Below, one piece after another: positions 25,536-32,000 of a stretch of DNA of 32,000 nucleotides. This stretch comes from Methylorubrum extorquens (GTDB lineage: Bacteria; Pseudomonadota; Alphaproteobacteria; Rhizobiales; Beijerinckiaceae). Each line of letters starts with the position of its first letter. The stretch's first letter is position 1. The stretch covers positions 4,500,001-4,532,000 of the forward strand of contig LT962688.1 in the NCBI GenBank assembly GCA_900234795.1, read 5' to 3'. The position numbers and the translations under genes were made by a program. The notes beneath the pieces are model-generated. The model ran no database searches, was not told the origin of the DNA, and saw only the letters and a program-made list of their open reading frames with translations.

Positions 25536-26873
25536 TCAGGCGACGCGGTCGAGCGCGTCGGCGAGCGTGGCGACGGCAGAGCTGATCTGCTCGTGATCGA
25601 TGATGAGGGGCGGCGAGAGGGCGATGATGTCGCCGGTGACACGAACGAGCAGGCCGCGCTCGAAGCAATCGACGAAGACCTCGTATGCCCGAGCGCCCGG
25701 GGCGCCGTCCCGCGAACTGAGCTCGATGCCCGCGATCAGACCGATGGTGCGGATGTCGATCACGTGACGCGCATCGTGCAGCGCATGCACGGCGGAAGCC
25801 CAATCCTCTGAGAGAGACGCAGCCCGGGTCAGCAGCCCCTCTTCCGCATAGATCGAGAGCGTCGCGATGCCCGCGGCCGACGCCACCGGGTGACCGGAAT
25901 AGGTATAGCCGTGGAACAGCTCGATCAGGCTCTCGGGGCCTTGCATCAGGGCGTCGTGGATCGGCCGGCTCGCGAAGACCGCGCCCATCGGGATGACGCC
26001 GTTGGTCAGGCCCTTGGCGGTGGTCACGAGATCGGGCGTGACGCCGAAGAAATTGGTCGCGAACGGGGCGCCGAGCCGGCCGAACCCGGTGATCACCTCG
26101 TCGAAGATCAGCAGGATGCCATGGCGGGTGCAGATCTCGCGAAGGCGCTCGAGATAGCCCTTCGGGGGAATCAGCACGCCGGTCGAGCCCGCCACCGGCT
26201 CGACGATGCAGGCCGCGATCGTCTCGGCGCCGTGGAGCGCCACGAGCCGCTCGAGGTCGTCGGCCAGCTCTGCCCCATGCTCGGGCTGGCCCTTCGTGAA
26301 GGCGTTTCGGGCCAAATCGTGCGTGTGGCGAAGGTGGTCCGTACCGGTCAGGGTCGGGAATGCGCGGCGGTTGTTGAGGATGCCGCCGACCGAGATGCCG
26401 CCGAAGCCGACGCCGTGATACCCGCGCTCGCGCCCGATCAGCCGCGTGCGGGTGCCCTGGCCGATCGCCCGCTGGTAGGCGAGTGCGATCTTGAGCGCGG
26501 TGTCGACGGATTCCGAGCCCGAACCGGTGAAGAAGATCCGATCGAGACGCTGCCCGTCCGGTCCCGGCGCGATCTCGGCCAGTCGCTCGGCGAAGTCGAA
26601 CGCAGCCGGATGCCCCATCTGAAAGGTGGGAGCGAAATCGAGCGTCGCCAGCTGCCGCTCGACCGCTTCGGCGATCCGGCGGCGGCCGTGCCCGGCATTG
26701 ACGCACCAGAGACCGGCCGTGCCGTCCAGCACCGGGCGACCGTCATCAGAGGTGTAGTACATGCCATTGGCCGCGACGAGTATCCGCGGAGAAGCTTTGA
26801 ATTGGCGGTTTGCCGTAAAAGGCATCCAGAATGCCTCGGTTTTAGGCGAATTTACTTTGATACTTGCGGGCAT
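25536..26873 (-). CDS. Class-III (omega) aminotransferase, beta-alanine/omega-amino-acid:pyruvate type
   Basis: The start is taken at MPASIKVNSPKTEAFWMPFTANRQF (ATG 26871-26873, GAAGGAAA upstream), giving 445 aa. Family motifs are ...WCVNAGHGRR..., ...FFTGSGSESVDTALK..., ...LIFDEVITGFGRLG... and ...TTAKGLTNG.... The 596-aa ORF-track version has a non-homologous N-terminal extension. Confidence 0.9.
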   Translation of the reverse strand: MPASIKVNSPKTEAFWMPFTANRQFKASPRILVAANGMYYTSDDGRPVLDGTAGLWCVNAGHGRRRIAEAVERQLATLDFAPTFQMGHPAAFDFAERLAEIAPGPDGQRLDRIFFTGSGSESVDTALKIALAYQRAIGQGTRTRLIGRERGYHGVGFGGISVGGILNNRRAFPTLTGTDHLRHTHDLARNAFTKGQPEHGAELADDLERLVALHGAETIAACIVEPVAGSTGVLIPPKGYLERLREICTRHGILLIFDEVITGFGRLGAPFATNFFGVTPDLVTTAKGLTNGVIPMGAVFASRPIHDALMQGPESLIELFHGYTYSGHPVASAAGIATLSIYAEEGLLTRAASLSEDWASAVHALHDARHVIDIRTIGLIAGIELSSRDGAPGARAYEVFVDCFERGLLVRVTGDIIALSPPLIIDHEQISSAVATLADALDRVA

Positions 26874-26959
26874 GGCGTTTCCTTCTGCTGTGTCGTTCTG
26901 AGTGATCGCCTCGAAGTGACCGTTGACGACTAGCGGCGCATCTTCGGGCGCGGCGACGC

Positions 26960-27031
26960 CTAATACTTCGGCAGCATCACCGCCGGCGTGGACAGGACGG
27001 TGAGCAGCATCCAAGCAAAGAACACCGGCAT
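26960..27031 (-). CDS. Possible very small hydrophobic ORF (23 aa, MPVFFAWMLLTVLSTPAVMLPKY), or the C-terminal relic of a permease
   Basis: There is one clear transmembrane-like segment in the 392-bp gap between the amidohydrolase and aminotransferase genes, on the same strand. No obvious SD is present. Upstream in frame there is a second hydrophobic stretch (VPLIPTILVRLGATVF) without an ATG. Confidence 0.2.
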   Translation of the reverse strand: MPVFFAWMLLTVLSTPAVMLPKY

Positions 27032-27265
27032 GGCGAAGATCAACGGCCTGACACGGTTGAAGACAGTCGCTCCGAGCCGGACGAGGATCGTAGGGATCAG
27101 GGGAACGCCGTTCTCGTGGCATCTCAAGGGGTGGGCTCGATAGGCTTCGGGGATGCGAGGAACAGGGCCCAGCCTCCGGAACGAGGCTCCGGTCGGTTGC
27201 GGCGAGAGGAAGCGCAAGGACGCGCTGAGGACGACCACCGGAGGCGCCCTTTTCGGCGCGGCGGC

Positions 27266-28501
27266 CTACAGGGTGTTGTCGTGGGCAATGACAGCGTTGA
27301 GCAGAACCTGTGCGCCGGCTGCGCACTCCTCACGGGTCGTGGATTCCGTGACGTTGTGGCTGATGCCTCCCAGGCAGGGTACGAACACCATCGTGGTCGG
27401 CGCCACGCGGGCGATGTAGGCGGCGTCGTGTCCCGCGCCGGAGACGATGCGGCGATGGCTGAAGCCGGCCTGCTCGGCTCCGGCCTCGACGCAGGCGATG
27501 AGGTCCGGCGCGAACTGAACGGCCGGGGAATCCCAGATCGGCGTCAGTTCAGTCTCGAGGCCGTACGCCTCGGTCACCTGCTTCAGGCCGGCTTCGAAGG
27601 CCTGAGCCATGCGGGCGAGGACGCCGTCATCGGGGTGGCGCAGGTCCACGGTGAAGAACACCTCACCCGGGACGACGTTGCGCGAGTTCGGCGTGACGTC
27701 CAGGCACCCAACCGAGGCGACGGCATCCGGTCCATGCGCGTGGGCCACACGATCCACCGCCAGCACGACTTCGGACGCACCGACCAGCGCGTTGCGACGC
27801 AGCCGCATCGGCGTCGCCCCCGTGTGACCGGTGCTGCCCTTCAGGCGGACATCGTACCAGCGCGCCCCCTGCACGCCCGTCACGACGCCGATCATCGTCT
27901 CCTCGGCCTCGAGGATCGGCCCCTGCTCGATGTGGAGTTCGAACATCGCGCCGAACTGACGTGCGCCCGCCTCCTGCGTCCCCTTGAACCCGATCCGCTC
28001 CAGCTCGTCGATGAAGCGGAGGCCGTCCCGGTCTGTCCGCGACCACGCGAATTCGCGGGGAAAGACCCCGGCGAAGACGCCCGAGCAGAGCATGGCGGGC
28101 GCGTAGCGCGTACCCTCTTCGTTGGTCCAGTTCACGATCTCCAAGGGCGCGTTCGTGACGTAGCCCGTATCGTGCAGGGTCCTGAGGATCTCGATGCCGG
28201 CGAGGACGCCGAGGACGCCGTCGAACTTGCCGCCGGTCGGCTGCGTATCGAGGTGGCTGCCGATGGCGATCGGGAGCAGATCGTCGCGACGGCCGGGCCG
28301 ACGCGCGAACATGTTGCCGACGTCATCGACGATCACCGTGCAGCCCAGCGCTTCGACGGTTTCGCGGAACCACTCCCGCACGCGCCTGTCGTCGTCGGTG
28401 AGCGTCAGCCGGTTGATACCGCCGCCCTCGCTAGCGCCGTATCGCGCGGTCTCGTGCAGGGTATTCCAGAGGCGGACCGCATCGATCGTGAGGTTCTGCA
28501 T
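27266..28501 (-). CDS. M20-family Zn-dependent N-carbamoyl-amino-acid amidohydrolase (beta-ureidopropionase/allantoate amidohydrolase type)
   Basis: The start is taken at MQNLTIDAVRLWNTLHE (ATG 28499-28501, GAGGA upstream), giving 411 aa. Motifs IGSHLDTQPTGGKFDGVLGV, ...NEEG.RY..., ...TGHTGATPM... and ...SGAGHDA... are typical of AmaB/AllC-type hydrolases. Confidence 0.88.
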   Translation of the reverse strand: MQNLTIDAVRLWNTLHETARYGASEGGGINRLTLTDDDRRVREWFRETVEALGCTVIVDDVGNMFARRPGRRDDLLPIAIGSHLDTQPTGGKFDGVLGVLAGIEILRTLHDTGYVTNAPLEIVNWTNEEGTRYAPAMLCSGVFAGVFPREFAWSRTDRDGLRFIDELERIGFKGTQEAGARQFGAMFELHIEQGPILEAEETMIGVVTGVQGARWYDVRLKGSTGHTGATPMRLRRNALVGASEVVLAVDRVAHAHGPDAVASVGCLDVTPNSRNVVPGEVFFTVDLRHPDDGVLARMAQAFEAGLKQVTEAYGLETELTPIWDSPAVQFAPDLIACVEAGAEQAGFSHRRIVSGAGHDAAYIARVAPTTMVFVPCLGGISHNVTESTTREECAAGAQVLLNAVIAHDNTL

Positions 28502-29299
28502 CGTGTCCTCGCTTGGAAACAAGATCCGCCACGGGGCGGTGCCGAGACGCCGGCTCAAGGAGCCCCATCACGCCGCCCCTTCGAAGAGGATTGCGTCAGT
28601 CGAACACAGGATACGAGATTGGTGCCATGCGCACGAACCGGTGGGAGACGCGAGCCACTCAGCGAGGTGCGAGCGTATTGGTTTCTGAGGCGCCCCTTGA
28701 AGCGAGTGGATCCGTCCCGCCGACCGGATGCAGTACCGGCGCGCAAAGTGTTCGCTGGCGAGGCCGAGAACCCGCCCGTTTCGGATGTGCGGATCTTCGA
28801 CGCGGCCCGAAGCGGGCTGGAGAAGTTTGCGTTCGCGCAAAAGCTATGACGATCTCTCTTCCCCCTGTCTGATCAGGCCTTCGGGACGTCGGCCAACCTG
28901 GAGTGCCTCGCCGATCGAGCCGCCGGGCTGGCTGAGAGGGCGCCGGTAGCAACCATAAGGGGGCAGTGTGTTGCAAACGCGCTCACCGGCACGGCGAGCC
29001 TGCATCAACAGCGGACCTGCCGCTACGTGAGAGTTAAGGTCCGCAGATGGCGCACAGCCGAACAAGCGGAGCGCGAACTTCTGCCCTCTTCCGGACCTTT
29101 GCTTGCGGCCGCTCAGATGTCCGCTACGAATCCAACCGGTCTGGGAACGATGGCTTGTTACACTGGCTTGAACTGCTCCGACGATGAACAGCTTCTGTAC
29201 ACATCAGATGAATGCGGTATCGCGATGTTCGGCCCAATTTATCAATGATAAATTTCTATGATATGACCAGCAACGCAGATCCCACGATGTTATACTGCA

Positions 29300-29995
29300 T
29301 CAATTCCCGTGTATGCTATCGAAGAAGATTTTCGGTGCGCCGCGCATGAAGACGCCGACATCATCGGAGAGCGTCTGAGAGAGATCCTCTGGGATCGGCC
29401 AGCCATAAACGAACTTTCGGATCGCGAGATAGAAGACCTTGCCGTGTAGGGCCCAGGCCGCCTCGGCCTCCCGCTCGGTCAAGGGCACCGCGGCGAAATC
29501 CGGCAGGCCGAGATCCGCCCGGAGTTCAGCGCAGATTGGATGGATGACGCGGTCACGCACGATCTCAAGATAGCGCGGAGCGATGTCGTAGCCCTTCAGC
29601 CCCGAGAAGACGAAGATGCGCACCCAGACATAGTCGAAGATCCTCCCGGCATACTCGCTGTAGAAGCGCAGGATCCGTGTCTCCAGTGGTTGCGAGCGGT
29701 CCTGCACCAAGCCGCTCCAGGCCGGATTCCAGCGCTGCACGTAGACGTGCTCGTAGACGCGGTCGAGTAGCGCTTCCTTGGTGGGGAAGTAGCGAAAGAT
29801 TGCCGAGTGCGTGATGCCGAGGCTCTTGGCCAGTTCCCGTGTCTGACCGCCGAGACCGTGCTCGGCGAAGAACTGCGCCGCGGCCTCGACGATCTGCTGC
29901 TCACGCTGCGCCGCGGGGAGACGCCGCCGGCTCGTGGGGGCCAGCCTCGGCGGCTTCCCATCCGGAACATCCTCCAGGGTGGCGGGCGAATCCAT
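29300..29995 (-). CDS. TetR/AcrR-family transcriptional regulator
   Basis: The start is taken at MDSPATLEDV (ATG 29993-29995), giving 231 aa. The HTH is REQQIVEAAAQFFAEHGLGGQTRELAKSLGITHSAIFRYFPTKEALL. It is divergent from the cox-like operon. Confidence 0.85.
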   Translation of the reverse strand: MDSPATLEDVPDGKPPRLAPTSRRRLPAAQREQQIVEAAAQFFAEHGLGGQTRELAKSLGITHSAIFRYFPTKEALLDRVYEHVYVQRWNPAWSGLVQDRSQPLETRILRFYSEYAGRIFDYVWVRIFVFSGLKGYDIAPRYLEIVRDRVIHPICAELRADLGLPDFAAVPLTEREAEAAWALHGKVFYLAIRKFVYGWPIPEDLSQTLSDDVGVFMRGAPKIFFDSIHGN

Positions 29996-30123
29996 GCTTC
30001 GTGACCGTTTGGTTATTTCGCTTGACGCGATCGTCCGCACTTGGATAGCTTGTAACCAAGTGGTCAACAACGATCGGGCAAACGATCGACCGCGGCGACA
30101 TGCGGCCTGTGGGAGGGACGCTC

Positions 30124-31002
30124 ATGAAGGCTCGTGCCTTCGATTACCGCCGCGTGGCAAGCGTGGCGGAGGCGCTCGACGCCTATGCTGCCTGCGAAGG
30201 TGAGGCGCGCTTCCTTGCGGGCGGCCAGAGCCTGCTGCCGGCGCTGAACCTGCGCCTCGACGCGCCCGACCTGCTCATCGACATCGGACGGATCGAAAGT
30301 CTGCGCGGCATCGTGCTTGAAGGCGACCGGCTGCGCATCGGCGCCCTGACGCGTCACGCTGAGACGCTGACCTCCCCGCTGATCGCCGAGCACGCCCCGC
30401 TCCTGACCCAGGCCGCGGCCTACATGGCGCATCTGGCGATCCGCAACCTCGGCACGATGGGCGGTAGTCTCGCCCTGTCCGACCCGGCCTCCGAACTGCC
30501 GGCCTGCATGCGAGCGCTCGGCGCCGAGCTGGAGATCACCGGCCGTGACGGTACCCGTACGATCGCAGCGGACGACTTCTTCCTCGACCTGTTCGAGAAC
30601 GTGATCGAGCCCGGCGAGATGTTGACCGCGGTGCGCGTGCCGCTGCCCGTGCCCGGCACGCGGATGCGGTTCGACGAAATCGCCCGGCGGCGCGGCGACT
30701 ACGCCCTGGTCGGCCTCGCGGCGCATCTTGTCCTCACCGGTCCGACGGTGGAATCGGCCCGCCTCGCCTTCTGCTCGGTCGGCCCAACGCCGATGCGGGC
30801 GCCGGCGGCCGAGGCTGCGCTGGCCGGCCGGTCGCTCGATGCGGCGGCGATTGCGGAAGCCAAGGCGGCGCTTGCTGACGACCTCGCGCCGGACGAAGAC
30901 GAGGGCTTCTCGGCGGCGGCGCGGATGCATCTCGCCCGCGTCCTGCTTGGCCGGGTGCTGTCCGCCCTGACGGGACAAGAGTACGGGGAGATGGCGGCAT
31001 GA
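30124..31002 (+). CDS. Molybdenum hydroxylase FAD-binding (medium) subunit, CoxM/XdhB-like
   Basis: The ATG at 30124 has GGGAGGGA upstream. The translation MKARAFDYRR...FLAGGQSLLPALNLRL...LAIRNLGTMGGSLA... is the FAD-binding PCMH-type pattern. The stop overlaps the next start (ATGA). Confidence 0.85.
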   Translation: MKARAFDYRRVASVAEALDAYAACEGEARFLAGGQSLLPALNLRLDAPDLLIDIGRIESLRGIVLEGDRLRIGALTRHAETLTSPLIAEHAPLLTQAAAYMAHLAIRNLGTMGGSLALSDPASELPACMRALGAELEITGRDGTRTIAADDFFLDLFENVIEPGEMLTAVRVPLPVPGTRMRFDEIARRRGDYALVGLAAHLVLTGPTVESARLAFCSVGPTPMRAPAAEAALAGRSLDAAAIAEAKAALADDLAPDEDEGFSAAARMHLARVLLGRVLSALTGQEYGEMAA

Positions 31003-31502
31003 TCGAGCCGCAGCCCGTCACCGTCACCGTCAACGGCGCTCGTGTCCGCCGCTTCGTCGAGCCGCGGGTCTCGCTCGCCGACTTCCTGAGACGCGATCTC
31101 GGTCTCACCGGCACCCATCTCGGCTGCGAGGTCGGCGCCTGCGGCGCCTGCATCGTCAATCTCGACGGACAGCCGGTCCATGCCTGCCTGATGCTCGCGG
31201 TGCAGGCGGACGGGATGCGGATCGACACGATCGAAGGCCTGTCGGATTCCGGCGAACTCGCCGAACTGCAGGCGGCCTTCCACGCCCGCAACGCCCTGCA
31301 ATGCGGTTTCTGCACGCCGGGCATCCTCGTGGTCGCCCGTGACTTTATCCGCGATTGCCGCGCCAGCGGACGCAGGCCGACGCGTGCGGTGATCCGCGAC
31401 GCGCTCTCGGGCAATTACTGTCGCTGTACCGGTTACGAGGCGATCGTCGACGCCATCGAGAGCGTCGCGGGTGCAGCCCCGATGCGGGAGGACGCAGCGT
31501 GA
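30999..31502 (+). CDS. Molybdenum hydroxylase [2Fe-2S] (small) subunit, CoxS-like
   Basis: The 167-aa product carries two Cys clusters, GCEVGACGACIV and ...LQCGFCTPG...CRCTGY.... Confidence 0.9.
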   Translation: MIEPQPVTVTVNGARVRRFVEPRVSLADFLRRDLGLTGTHLGCEVGACGACIVNLDGQPVHACLMLAVQADGMRIDTIEGLSDSGELAELQAAFHARNALQCGFCTPGILVVARDFIRDCRASGRRPTRAVIRDALSGNYCRCTGYEAIVDAIESVAGAAPMREDAA

Positions 31503-32000
31503 GCGCGGCGACCGACAGCCCAACCCGTCTTCGCGAGAAGGGCCGCTATATATCGGCCACGGCCTGCCGCGTCCGGGCGCCAAGCGACTGCTGGCGGGGC
31601 GGGGCCGCTACACCGACGACGTGAGCCTGCCGCGCATGCTCCACGCCGCCTTCCTGCGCAGCCCCTACGCCCATGCCCGGCTCGGCGCTATCGACGTGTC
31701 GGAGGCCGCTGGGATGCCCGGCGTGCATCGGGTGCTGACGGGTGCGGATTTTTCCGCGATCTGCACGCCGTGGGTCGGAACGCTCAGCCACTTCAAGGGC
31801 ATGCGCTCGGCGCCCCAACTCCCGCTGCCCCCTCGAGAAGGTCGTCTGGGCCGGGCAGCCGGTGGTGATGGTGGTGGCCGAGACCCGCGCCGAGGCGGAG
31901 GACGCGCTCGAAGCGGTCCAGGTGGAGTTCGAGGAGCTGGAGGCGGTGGTCGATCTCGACGCCGCCCGCGCCGCCGACGCGCCCCGCATCGACGCGGACG
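31499..32000 (+). CDS. Molybdenum hydroxylase large (molybdopterin) subunit, CoxL/XdhA-like. It is 3' partial at the window edge and out of frame at least once (C5 run 31828-31832, possibly also at TATATAT 31547-31553)
   Basis: The segment YIGHGLPRPGAKRLLAGRGRYTDDVSLPRMLHAAFLRSPYAHARLGAIDVSEAAGMPGVHRVLTGADF... lies in frame 1. After the C5 run the protein-like reading ...PLEKVVWAGQPVVMVVAETRAEAEDALEAVQVEFEELEAVVDLDAA... is in frame 2. GTG 31499, which overlaps the coxS stop as GTGA, is also in frame 2. Confidence 0.75.

Noticed and set aside
25495-26706. A 403-aa minus-strand ORF and the 596-aa version of the aminotransferase ORF
   Set aside because: The first is an alternative frame over the aminotransferase and reads as Arg/Pro/Gly junk. 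The second extends the true gene upstream through the non-coding spacer. The start at 26873 has a strong SD and matches family N-termini.
27116-28849. A 577-aa plus-strand ORF
   Set aside because: It is antisense to the M20 amidohydrolase gene, which has clear family motifs, an SD and a sensible start. The translation is R/G/D-rich noise.
30064-31583. Minus-strand ORFs of 304, 294 and 226 aa opposite the cox-like genes
   Set aside because: They are antisense to the CoxM/CoxS-like genes, which carry diagnostic Cys clusters and FAD-binding motifs. The translations are Arg-rich noise.
1-32000. CRISPR arrays, rRNA genes, retron/DGR-like repeats and tandem repeats
   Set aside because: Reading through the window, I found no regularly spaced direct repeats, rRNA-like segments or long tandem repeats. 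This negative result is by eye only.

Overview
This is a high-GC chromosomal window that looks alphaproteobacterial/Rhizobiales-like; that is inferred from protein families and codon style, not from any search. From left to right it contains nine blocks. (1) An AT-rich block (1 to ~1610) carries the C-terminal winged-helix + TPR part of a STAND-like protein that is cut by the window edge. The block ends at a 47-nt 3' half of tRNA-Arg(CCG) at 1614-1660, which looks like the att-type end of a tRNA-integrated genomic island. (2) A decay zone (1661-2800) holds a multiply frameshifted ORF and the C-terminal remnant of an IS5-family transposase. (3) Next come a small FUSC-like membrane protein and a minus-strand TonB-dependent receptor + DUF4198 pair, a putative nickel/cobalt uptake unit. 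(4) A complete urease module follows on the plus strand: ureA-ureB-ureC-[crcB-crcB]-ureE-ureF-ureG-ureD-urea transporter-amt. The most unusual feature of the window is the pair of fluoride-channel (CrcB/Fluc) genes sitting between ureC and ureE. (5) mfd is followed by a degraded PIN/VapC-like remnant. (6) Two divergent LysR-regulated transporter units follow, one LysE-type and one MFS. (7) A rearrangement scar (24322-25515) contains an SDR fragment, a hydrophobic fragment and a disabled mmsA. It lies at the tail of a minus-strand operon encoding a carbamoyl-amidohydrolase and an omega-aminotransferase. (8) An ~800-bp gap has no convincing gene. (9) A TetR regulator lies divergent from a CoxM/CoxS/CoxL-type molybdenum hydroxylase operon that runs off the right edge. 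Three otherwise intact genes (DUF4198, mfd, coxL-like) each lose frame exactly at a 5-nt G/C homopolymer run, so homopolymer indel errors in the assembly are a real possibility. No CRISPR array, rRNA or intact tRNA was seen. Many long ORFs in the track are antisense or off-frame artefacts of high GC content.
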